From Proteromonas lacertae (Eukaryota), in the NCBI GenBank assembly GCA_002245135.1, contig NGBS01000303.1, positions 62,001-126,000 on the forward strand: a stretch of DNA of 64,000 nt, given 5' to 3'. A program made the translations under genes and the position numbers. Positions 50,077 to 61,386 of this stretch are shown one piece after another (position 1 is the first letter of the stretch; every line of letters starts with the position of its first letter). Below the pieces are notes generated by a model. It saw nothing but the letters and a program-made list of their open reading frames with translations. It was not told the origin of the DNA and did not search any database.

Positions 50077-52881
50077 TTAAACATAACTTTTAAGTGAATC
50101 ACTTTTCTTATTCCATATCTTTCCAAGGATTGGATAACTATTTTTCTTAGCTTTTGACTGAAAACAACCACTCTTTTCATTCTTCAAAGTACCGGTAGTA
50201 AGTTCATCTAAATTACAGAATCTTTTGTTAATTCCTTCAATTACAGTTTTAGTATGCTTTAAATTCTTCAATTCTTTAAATAATAAATCATCAATATTTT
50301 CTAGTTCTTTTATTTCATTTTCTATTTTCGTCTTTTTATCTCCTAAATCATTAATTAACTTATCACTTTCTTCACCTAAACTTCTACTTAATTCTTGTCT
50401 CTCATTGGCTAATATCATTAAATGGTAATAAATTCTTTCAACAACTTCTGGAGTAATAATATTTGGATGATTTCTTAAATACTTCTTATAACTTGAAGTT
50501 ATGTTTTTCATCTCATTGATGATTATGGTAAAATCTTCTACACATTTTTTACCACAAATTGAGTTTAATGATTTACTAGAATATAAGAATAATCTTGATT
50601 CATAACTATCAAAGTAAGATTCATAACAACCAATCATTTTCTCTTCATGTATCTTTAACTTTTCATTTAAAATGAGTTTATCTTCTTTTGTAACTGACTC
50701 ATTCTTTAATTTATAGGCAAATGCTCCAAGTAACACTTTTATTTCATCATGACAGAATTTATAAGAATTTTCTAACAAATTCATTCTATCTTTAGTGATA
50801 CTTGATAAATCAGAATATAAAATATCAAATAAGTTATGATGAAAGTATTGAAATGTCTCAATATGCCAAAATATTCTATTAAATAACAAAGACAGTCCAA
50901 CTGGAGGTGTATCAAATTTTAAAGATTTGGTCAAAGTAGAATCACCTTTTGGAGATAATGGTGCTATAGGAGCAACTTGTGCTAGATTTTGTGTTATTGC
51001 TCCATGCTCTACAGGATTGACTCTTTCATATTCAAATGGAATCAATGGTAATGGATGAGTCATTACTTCATAGAATGTAATTTCAAATGGTTCAGTTTGG
51101 AATTTTGTTAATAATTTCTTAAATGGTTCATATAATCTTTCTTCTTCAGTTATTAAGTTTTGACATAATGAAATATGCTGATCACACATATCATTAGCAT
51201 ACATCATCAAATCAAATATTTGAGCATAAAATAAATCTTCTGTAAATTTAGAAACATCTGTTGTTCTTTGCATCCATCCTGTTTTTAAAGATATTAATAG
51301 ATTTTGTGATTCATTTACTGACATTTTATACTTTTCTAAAAATGCAACACCATTTCTAACTTTCATTGTTAATTCAAATAATAATTTGTTATATTTACTT
51401 TCTCTTACTAATTCCTGTTCTTCAGCTGGTATTTTTGCTATTATATCTTTAAGAATTGAGAAAGCTATTGTTTTCCAACCAGTTTCTATTAAAAACTGCT
51501 GTATTTTAACAATCTGAAAATAGGCTGATTCTATCTTCAATGTTTCTTGTGTTACTTTAACTATATAACTCGACACTTCATTCAATAAACGAGTTCTTTC
51601 TAATTTATAAGCTTTCAAACCAACTTCATACTCATTTCGATAATTTTCATCAAAATGATCTTTTATTGCTTGTAATTCAACATCATATCTCCAACAACAT
51701 TTCAATTGTAATTCATTTAATGATTTTATACTCTCTTGAATAGATGGAATCTTATCTGTCAGTGGATCAATGAAATCACTATCCATAAATAACTGATAAA
51801 ACGAATTGAATGATTCAATAGCTTCTTTTGAAGATATTTTTGACATTTCTAATAATTTTACTTCATCATTGATTATTTTTATATAAAATTTATTATATAG
51901 TTTCATCGTGTGTAAGTGCAATTCGTCATGGTATTGATTCTCATATTTTATCATTGATTTTCTTAACGTTATCAAATCACTGTGTAAATTATCCATTGTT
52001 TCTACATTTTGTGGTAATGGAGGTGTTGTTATTTTTATATCTTTTAAAGCCACTTCCATTTTTGTTAATTTACTTTTTTCATCTTTTACTTTTTCGAATA
52101 TTTTTTTACCATTTTCGAAAAAGTATGATTTATTATTATTATTATTACTAATTGGATTAGATTCATAATAATCTTTATCAATTATATCTGATTCTGCTAA
52201 CTTTAAATACTCCTCGTTCAGATGATTATATTCTTTAATTATATCAGTGAAAGCTAATTCTTGTAATCCATCAGAGGCACTTTCTCTCAATTGATTTGCT
52301 TTACTTAAATACTCCAAATGAAGAATTCGAGAAGAATTGATAGAATCTTCTATTAATCTCTTCACTTTTTCAACTATTTCTCCATTATCTACTGTCATAG
52401 CTTTATATTGACTAATTAGTTTGTTTAATGCTTCTATTTTTGTTGACTGATGTTGATGTTTAATTAAAAAGGAAGTAAATATGTGTTGCTCTTTTCCAAG
52501 TTGAAACCATTTTAGAACCAAGTGACAGTGATTTATTCTCAGTTTTACATCACTTATTTCTTCTTCAGTTTCTTCTAATTCTTCGTTTACTTCTCTTATC
52601 TTTTCCTTAGAAATTTCACCCTTTTTGACTTTTTCTTTTACATCTATCATACCTCGGTTTAGCTCGTCCTTCTTTTCGTTCAATTGTTTGAGTTTATCCT
52701 CCAACTCGCTAATTTTCTTTGCTACATCTTCTCTATAACTATTTTCAATTGTCTCTACCTCTTTTATCTCACTTTCTGTCTTTCTTATTAACGAATCTAG
52801 AGTCTGCTTCTCATTAACTATAAATTCTTGTTCATATTGAGTTATATTTTGTTTTAATTCTTCTATATTGTTTTCTGCCAT
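50077..52881 (-). CDS. Hypothetical intronless helical/coiled-coil protein (934 aa)
   Basis: Long ORF with heptad-rich termini; no motif recognised. Confidence 0.75.
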   Translation of the reverse strand: MAENNIEELKQNITQYEQEFIVNEKQTLDSLIRKTESEIKEVETIENSYREDVAKKISELEDKLKQLNEKKDELNRGMIDVKEKVKKGEISKEKIREVNEELEETEEEISDVKLRINHCHLVLKWFQLGKEQHIFTSFLIKHQHQSTKIEALNKLISQYKAMTVDNGEIVEKVKRLIEDSINSSRILHLEYLSKANQLRESASDGLQELAFTDIIKEYNHLNEEYLKLAESDIIDKDYYESNPISNNNNNKSYFFENGKKIFEKVKDEKSKLTKMEVALKDIKITTPPLPQNVETMDNLHSDLITLRKSMIKYENQYHDELHLHTMKLYNKFYIKIINDEVKLLEMSKISSKEAIESFNSFYQLFMDSDFIDPLTDKIPSIQESIKSLNELQLKCCWRYDVELQAIKDHFDENYRNEYEVGLKAYKLERTRLLNEVSSYIVKVTQETLKIESAYFQIVKIQQFLIETGWKTIAFSILKDIIAKIPAEEQELVRESKYNKLLFELTMKVRNGVAFLEKYKMSVNESQNLLISLKTGWMQRTTDVSKFTEDLFYAQIFDLMMYANDMCDQHISLCQNLITEEERLYEPFKKLLTKFQTEPFEITFYEVMTHPLPLIPFEYERVNPVEHGAITQNLAQVAPIAPLSPKGDSTLTKSLKFDTPPVGLSLLFNRIFWHIETFQYFHHNLFDILYSDLSSITKDRMNLLENSYKFCHDEIKVLLGAFAYKLKNESVTKEDKLILNEKLKIHEEKMIGCYESYFDSYESRLFLYSSKSLNSICGKKCVEDFTIIINEMKNITSSYKKYLRNHPNIITPEVVERIYYHLMILANERQELSRSLGEESDKLINDLGDKKTKIENEIKELENIDDLLFKELKNLKHTKTVIEGINKRFCNLDELTTGTLKNEKSGCFQSKAKKNSYPILGKIWNKKSDSLKSYV

Positions 52882-53537
52882 CTATTCTATCACAGAAAAA
52901 AATGGAATCTAAAATATATTCGTTACTATTGTAACGGTTTTTAAAAAATTTCAAATTATCTAAAATCGATAATCAAAAGGTATACTTTTTAGTTATGAGG
53001 TTATTTTGGTGACATATACACTATTGTATATAAATATCACATTCTATATCAAAACCGTATTTACATCTCATATAATATACCCAATTGACCAAATCACGCT
53101 TTTATCTACATTCTAATTCTCTTCTTCACATATATTGATTGATATCTCCTTCTATTATTCAATATAACCTGATATAGACAAATTTGACTAAATATACCTC
53201 TATAAATGTTTCTAACATTACCAGAAGTTATATTAAGCAGCATAGATAGTACTGATATCACAACAATTCACTCTAAATGATTGTAAGTGTGAAATATATA
53301 ATGTAATAGTGTTACTCATTGGAAAGTATAAAATCAAATTACAAGAATAGTAAAAACTCATCAACCTTTGCTTAATTCGTTTTTTTATAGAATGATATAT
53401 ATAGGTTTATATTTTGTTTATGTATATGATTGTATAATTAGAAACACATACTACAAAAGAAGTCAGCTAATATTAACTACAGATAGGTTTTACCGAAAAG
53501 TCATGACAGATTTATTTTTTGAAAACAGTTCAATTAA

Positions 53538-56500
53538 TTATTTTTTGGCGTTGAATTGTTGGAATATAACATCAGCTTGTTTTAAAAAGTCTTCGGATAT
53601 TGTTTGAGTAACTTGAGGTTGTTGAAGTGGTGGTGGAGGTTGCATTTGTGGATGAATAGATTGCATTTGTTGTGATTGTAACTGTCTCTGTTGTTGTTGA
53701 ATATTACTTGATGAAATATATTGTGATGAAAGCATTTGTCTTTGTTGTTGTTGTTGTTGAGGTTGTGGTTGTTGATATGGATATTGTGGTTGTTGTTTCT
53801 GCTGTTGAATATTTGGTGGAAGATTATTAGGTTTATTATGATATAAGTTGTTCATTGCATTATTATTCATATTAGACATCATTGGAGATTGAAGGTTAGA
53901 CATTGAATTCATTGAATTGTTACTATTTGAACTATTAATACCATTATTATTAACATCTTGGATTTGCATCATACCAGGATTCATTCCTTGCATATTCGAT
54001 CTATTCATTTGATTCATCATATATGGTCTTTGATTTGACATCATTCCTTGATTTCTTTGTTGTTGTTGCTGCTGCTGCTGTTGTTGTTGTTGCAATAATA
54101 ATTGTTGCTGCTGTTGTGGGGTTAATGAGACTTGTTGCATACTTCTAGATGTATTTGATCTTCTTGATTTTGTAGGTGGCATTTGAGCATATATTTCATT
54201 GTTATTATTATTACTTGATTGTTTTCTTTTACGACTATTACTTGGTATTGATTGTGTTGGTGATGGTTGAAGATTTCCCATCATATCTATACCTCCAGGT
54301 ATTGATGAAGCTGTTGCTGTTGTCCTACCCATATTCATATTATTATTCATATTTGCATTAGTATTTCTTTTCTTTGTTGATTTCTTTGTTTTAGTGGATG
54401 TATTTCCAGATGAAGTGATTGATATTCCTGAATTGATTTGGCCTTGTACTGATCCTTGTATTCTGAAAGGTTGTAATGAAGGTGATGATATTGTTTGACC
54501 TGTTCTACTTTGTAATTGAGGTATATACATATCACTATTGCCTCTTTGATTTGAAATTGGCATTGTTGAATACATACCCTGTTGTTGTTGTTGTTGTTGT
54601 TGTTGGAATTGTTGTAATGATTGACCAGACATTTTATTCTTAGATAAATATTGCATATCCATAACATTAGGAGTATTATTATTATTATTATTATTATTAT
54701 TTCCAATAGGATTTCCATGAATGTTATTACCATTTGAATATTGATTTAATGACTGTTGATTTAAATTTCTACCTTGTTGTTGTAGTTGAGGTTGAGGGAT
54801 TTGAATTTGAGGAGATTGCCCAGGTAATTGTTGTTGTTGTAACTGTTGTTGTTGTTGTTGTTGTCTATGAGTTTCTGTTGTTTGTATTTCACATTCAATT
54901 CCTCGATAAACAGTAACATACTTGAAGTTCTGAAGTTTGCTAATTTTATTCATTTTCTCTAAAAATGCATTATTTGTTTTACTTGCATCGTTTATTTGAT
55001 AATGTAATGATCTGTATTCATGTTCCAATTCTTCAACACAAGCCAAAGCTCGACTTTTAGTTTTAAAATGTTGAATATAACAGATTGGAGTTTGAGAAGG
55101 ATTTGGGTGATATTCAACTTTTACATTATAACCATACAACTGTTTAACTGGTATTTGAACATTATTATTATTCTTACTTGATTCAGATAACATTAATGAG
55201 TGATAACTTTCATCTCCACTAATTATTATTTTAATTTGACTTTGTGAATTGGAATTCATTACTATTGTGACATCAGAAATTGACTGTTTCTTCTCATCTA
55301 TTAAAGATATTGGCTTTTTAATATCAGCTATATCCAATACTGGTTCTTTTTCTCTTTTATTATTCACTAATACATAATCAAATGAACTTTTTGATGGATT
55401 GAATGGATTATTACTTAAATCATTTATTAAATATTTATTATTACCTATACTTTGTGTATAAATGCAATATTTAGATCTATTCATAATTATATATAAAAAA
55501 GAATTATTTTATACAAACCATCATATGGAGATTCAATCATAGAACAAGAATGAGATAATGCAATTGATTTCAATAACAACGAACAATTTACTACATTTGA
55601 ACAAAAATCAGAAATTGAAGATTTCATAGATAAAGGAATATTCTTAACATGACTATCAATGTAAGGTTCTTTAATTACAACACTTTGATAATTATTATTC
55701 AATACTTGAACAGATTGAAATTGGTATGGTTGATTTGGAGAATTGAATATATAATGATAAAAATATGGTTTTAAACATCTTAGCATATTTCCATGATGGA
55801 TTTTATTATATTGATAAACACCTGAATAAAATAGACCTAATGAATTGTTGGTATATATCTTTTCGGTTGTATTTATAAACATTTCTAACAATTCTGGTAA
55901 ATCACTGATCTCTTTACTTACTGCTTTTTCTAGTAATTCTTCAATCATTTGATTTTGACTGAGTTGTAACCACTTTCTTTTTGATTTATAGGGAATCTTT
56001 TCATTATTTATTTTTTCCATTTTTATATTTCTATAATCTCTTATTTCTATTGCTATTTTCCCTTGATAATATGTATTGTAGGGTAAATTCTCATATCCAT
56101 TGGGTATTCCTCCATGATCGATGATCTGTAGCAATCTTACTCCACTTTCATTATATGTTTGAAGAATTGGGTGAAATGAATAGTTTTCGTTGTCTTTTGG
56201 AACAATTATGTAGAATCTATATCTCCATAATGATATTATTAATGACAACTTTGCTTCAGATAAAGACAAGTGCCTTGGTTGAATGTTTTCGTTTGTTAAA
56301 TTATTGGATGTTTTTATATTGAGACACTTTTGACAGTAAGCTTGTAAATCTGACATTTTATTTGATGTTGGTTTGAAATTGTCTATTTTAATTTCGGGAC
56401 ATTGGTTTGATTGATTTTGGTTTTGATTAAGAGTATTTGGTATTTGAAAACCATGGACAGATTGTGGTTTCAGCAATGAGGCAGATGGAAATTTACATTC

Positions 56501-56644
56501 CTTAACTACTGAAGCAAGAGTACAGTTATTTGAATTTATTGGTACTTTCTTTCTTCCTGCAGCTTTTTTGTTCTTGTCAAATGAAAATTTGATAAGAGGC
56601 CTATCCTCTGATAAAATATCACGACAATTTAAAGTCTCTAACAT
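53538..56644 (-). CDS. SPT20: SAGA subunit Spt20-like with Q/N/M-rich tail (1 intron)
   Basis: Spt20-like core LLQIIDHGGIP...YYQGKIAIEIRDYR; GT-AG intron near 55476-55513 joins the two ORFs; start taken at MLETLN. Confidence 0.72.
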
Positions 56645-56758
56645 ATGTAACAAAAATAAAGAAAAATGAGCAAAAAAATAATCCCACAAAATTTTCGTCA
56701 AAACTTTTGAACACCCCAAAATATCTTTTTGCATTTTAAAGATAGTTGTAGGTTTGAT

Positions 56759-58309
56759 ATGATGAAATTAGGTTTAATTTTGGTAATTATAGCATGTGCC
56801 ACTGCTTATTGTCCTAATGGATGTAATAGACACGGCTTTTGTAATGGAGATGGGAGTTGTACTTGTTATAGACAATACGAAGCAGGTGTTGAAGGTGGAG
56901 AACCTCGTGAATATTTCTGGGTTGGTCCAAATTGTACTGAATTAGCTTGTCCTTTAGGTTTCTCTTGGACTCCAACCGAACATCCAGCAGATAGAAAATT
57001 TAACATTCCAGGTGGAGTTTATAAAATCAATTTCAAATTAGGACATGTTCCAGAACCAGCTCATGGAATTGCTTATCTACCAGAAGGAGATGAAGTATAT
57101 GAATTACAAAATGCAAGATATGGTGGTCTATTAATGTGTTATGTAGATTTTGAAACTCAAAAATACTCAGGAACAGTGTATAGTTTAGGATTTGTAGATG
57201 ATAAGAAAACCAATTTTTATTATCGATTTGTTGATGGTTTACATCAAATAACACCAAGTCATTATCATTGGTGTAAATTAGTCTATCCAGCACGTGATTT
57301 ATCACTCTCTGCCTTCTATGACTTACATGAAAATCAAGAAGTATACTCATTAATGTTAGAATCATTGAAATTCCCTTATTATCCAAATCCACTTCCAGTT
57401 AGTGTAATATGTTTAAAAAAAAATTATGAAATTTTTACAGAAAACACTAAATTAGTTAGAGATGAATATAATCATACAAAAATTTATAAAATAAATCATA
57501 AAGAAGATGATTATTTCTTTTGTTCAATTTATTCATATGAATATGAAGATTATAGTGTTGAACCTTATCATACAAACTTAGCTTTCTTATTAGGAAATAG
57601 TGATGTTAATATAAAACAAGGTGGCGAAGTTATGTTTATAGTTGAAGCTGAACCAAAGATGTTTCCAACTGGTTTAAAAGAATTGAATATTTCTTTCCCA
57701 GCTATTGGAATTACTAATTATTATAGATATATGCAATATATTGTAAAAGATGCTGAATTGCTTATTGTTCAATATAAATTAAATGATATAACTTATCCAA
57801 CTATTGCTTATATATATGATATATTGGAGTTTAATCTAACAACTGGATTTGTTAGGTTTTTAATATCACCAGCTATTGATTTCAATCATTATAACAGCGA
57901 TGGACCTTATTACAATATGATTACCATCTTTGGAGGCGGAAAAAGAGGCGTTTCAGAATGCAGTAATGCTGGTACATGTTTAAGACAATCAGGTATTTGT
58001 CAATGTAAGGAAGGATATTATGGAAAAGCTTGTGAAAAAATGGCTTGTAAGAATAATTGTAATAATCATGGCAAATGCATTCCTATTATTATTAATCCTT
58101 ATGAATATGGCAATCCTATGTTGAAAGAAAGAGAAGTTACTTGTTTATGTGATTATCCATATGATGGCAGTGATTGTTCAACAATGAAATGTCCAGCTGA
58201 TGACAGAGGAAGACCTTGTAGTAGAAATGGTAAATGTGATAGAACTACTGGTAAATGTGAATGTAAAAATGGTTATACTGGAAGTGCTTGTGAAAAAAAG
58301 AATAAGTAA
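56759..58309 (+). CDS. Secreted EGF/tenascin-repeat protein, Sig1/tubular-mastigoneme-like architecture
   Basis: Signal peptide; CPNGCNRHGFC...W.GPNC..LACP.G.SW; ECSNAGTC.RQSGICQC..GYYGKACE.MAC.NNCNNHGKC; CSRNGKCDRTTGKCEC..GYTGSACE. Confidence 0.75.
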   Translation: MMKLGLILVIIACATAYCPNGCNRHGFCNGDGSCTCYRQYEAGVEGGEPREYFWVGPNCTELACPLGFSWTPTEHPADRKFNIPGGVYKINFKLGHVPEPAHGIAYLPEGDEVYELQNARYGGLLMCYVDFETQKYSGTVYSLGFVDDKKTNFYYRFVDGLHQITPSHYHWCKLVYPARDLSLSAFYDLHENQEVYSLMLESLKFPYYPNPLPVSVICLKKNYEIFTENTKLVRDEYNHTKIYKINHKEDDYFFCSIYSYEYEDYSVEPYHTNLAFLLGNSDVNIKQGGEVMFIVEAEPKMFPTGLKELNISFPAIGITNYYRYMQYIVKDAELLIVQYKLNDITYPTIAYIYDILEFNLTTGFVRFLISPAIDFNHYNSDGPYYNMITIFGGGKRGVSECSNAGTCLRQSGICQCKEGYYGKACEKMACKNNCNNHGKCIPIIINPYEYGNPMLKEREVTCLCDYPYDGSDCSTMKCPADDRGRPCSRNGKCDRTTGKCECKNGYTGSACEKKNK

Positions 58310-58386
58310 ATAATTTTTGATTTATTTTTTCTAAATGTTATCTAAAATTTGTTTTAATAACTGAATATCATAATAAATATCACTAA

Positions 58387-58903
58387 TTAAATTAATTTTT
58401 GCTCAATCATTACTTCTTTTGTTTTTTGAAGAATTTCTTTCATTTGTGGTCTTTCACACAAATTAATTGCTGAATCTATGTCAATCCACTGTCTCTGCCT
58501 CTCACTCTCTTCATCCCAACTTTCGTATTCTCCTGTGTATTTTGCTAAATACATACTCCATATTTGATTACTATAATGCTCACCTTCTTCAAACTTGAAT
58601 TCTCCAATCAATGTTATTAATTCCACTATGCACTATTCATATGCATGATTATAGAAAATAAAATACACCAGTTTCTTCACCAATCTCTCGTTTTGCTGCT
58701 TCTTCAACTGTTTCATCTATCTCCCATCCACCTTTTGGAAGACCCCAATTGTCTGAATGCCTTCTAGAAGTAATCAGAAGAACTTTATTACCTTTGATTG
58801 GAACCCCACTAAATATATTTTAATATCATTGATACCCTGCACAAAGTCTATATTTATCTTGATATCTTTGTTTTTCTCTTCCTTCTCTCGATTTTATTTT
58901 CAT
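58387..58903 (-). CDS. Nudix hydrolase, DIPP (NUDT3/DDP1-like) family (2 introns)
   Basis: SREGREKQRY; VLLITSR....WGLPKGGWE.DETVEEAAKRE..EETG; W.E..ERQRQW. Confidence 0.88.
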
Positions 58904-58934
58904 TCTGTATTTATGTGTATTGAAAATGTATTAA

Positions 58935-60512
58935 ATGTCTTTTTTAGTTTTTCGCTCTTTTTCTCGATATTCAAAGTTAATACCAAAATTATCAAGATAT
59001 TCGAAATGCATTAGTGCTAATAAATTGAATATAACCAATTCTATTCGTTTATCATCAACATCAGCAGGTAATTCAAATCTCGATATTCCAACACTCCCAG
59101 AACCTTTTGATGATGATATGTCTTCATTGTTGAATAAAAATGAAGGGAAAGTTAATCAAAATCAAATGTCGTTGAATAAATCCAATAAATTGTTCCAACT
59201 AAGAGATTGTATAAAAAATAAAGAATATCAAAAGGCAGATGATTTACTAAAAGATGTACTGGAGAATGTAGATCTTCCATCTCTTGGTTATGAGTTGTAT
59301 AATACATATTTACCAAACTCATTCAATTCATATATGCAATCTTTTGTTAAGAATAATTCAATCACTTCCAGTAATTCAGTTCAATATATAGAGAACTTGT
59401 TATATTTATCAGCATCAGATCCAGTATCCTCAATATCAATATATACTAAACTAATAACATTTGATAAAATATCAATTAATAGTAATATGTACAATTACAT
59501 TTGTTCATCATTTACACCATCTTTTCCACCATGTGCAGTAGCTATGTATGTATATGAGACAGCATGCCAATCACATATTCGTATATCGCCTAATACTATA
59601 CATAAATACTTTGTGCAACTCTGTAAAGTGTTGAGTAATAACCAATCATTTTATATTGCATTGAATATTAAGAATATTCTTGAAAAATATAATCATGAAT
59701 TATCAATTAAAACTCAAGAGTTATTATTAGATCAATTTTGTAAAAGAAAATTTCATAGTGCAGCTTTTAAACAATTTGATCAATTGAAATTATTAATCAG
59801 ACCAAATATAAATCAATATGTTCAAATAATCAAAGCAGCAATAAAAGAGAATGATTTTGAAAGGGTTGAATCTTATTATGAAGATGCAACTTTTAATGGA
59901 ATTGTTAAAGGAGAAGATACATTATTAATTCCATTATCATATATTTATTCTGTACAAGGAAGAACCAATGAAATTGTAGATATTATAAATAAGTTGAAAA
60001 ATGAAAAACCAGATAAATTATTACATATTGATTTTTACTTGAATTTATTAAGATCTTATGCTTATAATAAAGATTATGAAAGAGTAAAGAATATTGAAAA
60101 GTTTATATATTCTAATTATAAATTAGATAATCATGTTTTATTAAACTATATTATAATAATGAGTGAATATTTAAATCCAACATATTTTGATGAAGTAATA
60201 ATGAATTTATACAATAATCCAGATTATTGTTACTTAATAGCTAAAGAGAATGTGTTTTATAGAATATTAATATATGCAGCAATGAATGAAGAATGGAAAT
60301 TATTTAACAAATACTTAACAATGATGAATCATTTGAATGTGATATTACATTCAACGTTTTATATAAAGATATTGGATGTTTGTTTAAATGTTGAAAGATA
60401 TGATTTTGTTTTGAAGTATGGGAATATGTTTAGGAGATATATACAACAAGGGAGTGATATGCATTCTCTAGAGTATTTATTTAGACAAGCAAAATATCAT
60501 TTAAACAAGTGA
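58935..60512 (+). CDS. PPR-like helical-repeat protein with mitochondrial-type presequence
   Basis: R/S-rich acid-free N-terminus; PPR-like repeats (AFKQFDQLK..IRPNINQYVQIIKAAIK; FYLNLLRSYA). Confidence 0.65.
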   Translation: MSFLVFRSFSRYSKLIPKLSRYSKCISANKLNITNSIRLSSTSAGNSNLDIPTLPEPFDDDMSSLLNKNEGKVNQNQMSLNKSNKLFQLRDCIKNKEYQKADDLLKDVLENVDLPSLGYELYNTYLPNSFNSYMQSFVKNNSITSSNSVQYIENLLYLSASDPVSSISIYTKLITFDKISINSNMYNYICSSFTPSFPPCAVAMYVYETACQSHIRISPNTIHKYFVQLCKVLSNNQSFYIALNIKNILEKYNHELSIKTQELLLDQFCKRKFHSAAFKQFDQLKLLIRPNINQYVQIIKAAIKENDFERVESYYEDATFNGIVKGEDTLLIPLSYIYSVQGRTNEIVDIINKLKNEKPDKLLHIDFYLNLLRSYAYNKDYERVKNIEKFIYSNYKLDNHVLLNYIIIMSEYLNPTYFDEVIMNLYNNPDYCYLIAKENVFYRILIYAAMNEEWKLFNKYLTMMNHLNVILHSTFYIKILDVCLNVERYDFVLKYGNMFRRYIQQGSDMHSLEYLFRQAKYHLNK

Positions 60513-60608
60513 CATTGTTAAATTAGAATTTTGTTTTGGGTTTATTCTTCTACAAAATACATAATAAGTTTAAAACAAATGAATTACTTATATTATTATA
60601 TTAATAAT

Positions 60609-61240
60609 TTAATCTAAATCTAATATGTTTGAATCAATTTCTTCCAACAAGTGAGAAATATCTAATTCTTCACATGATGGTGTATATTCTGTTTCACATA
60701 TAGTCTCTTCTACTATTGCATCAGTAAAAGTAGGTAGAGGTTTGTATTTAGTAGGTTTTGGTTGATGTTTCATTGGATGTATTAGATAATCAAACTATGA
60801 TCAAATAAAAAATAAATAATAGGTAAATACATCTTCTTTACCATCAAATCCATCAAATGGAAGATCATCAGCATGTTTTTCTGATATATCAATTTCATTT
60901 GAAAGTGTAGAGGGAGTTTTAGGTGCAAATAATGGTCTACATATGTTGGGTGTTTTTGTATTGGTATGAAATGAGTTTTCACTTGGCATTTTTCTTGATA
61001 GCTGAGAACCTGGAGTGGCATTTGTGATATTACTCAAAGCTCTTCGTGGACTAATGATAGATGACTATAATTATACGTTTTAGCGGTAGATTTTCCATCC
61101 AGAATAGCTTTTTTATCTAGATTAAATAAGATCAACAGTAAAATACTAATATGTAGCTTAGATCTATTCATTTGAGTATTAGCAGGTGTAGATACGTTTT
61201 CTTTATCTTCCGGATCACAGTATATCTGTATATTTGACAT
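60609..61240 (-). CDS. Small disordered KEN-box/D-box protein, securin-like candidate (3 introns)
   Basis: DKEN near the N-terminus; RRALSNITN D-box; NEIDISEKHADDLPFDGFD; acidic C-terminus. Confidence 0.55.
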
Positions 61241-61386
61241 TTAAGGTAATAAAATTTAAAAAAGAACAGTCAGTTTTTATATAAACTTTTCGATCACCAT
61301 AAAAACACTTTTTGTTTTTCTCAGTAGTATTATCCATACAATAATTAAAAATAGTATAGCAATTAAAGACTAATCATTTTATAACA

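Noticed and set aside
56721..56751. ATATCTTTTT...GTAG, a possible sixth U12 intron in the EGF gene 5' UTR
   Set aside because: Only 31 nt versus 49-63 nt for the others, weak branch motif, and no reading frame to test it.
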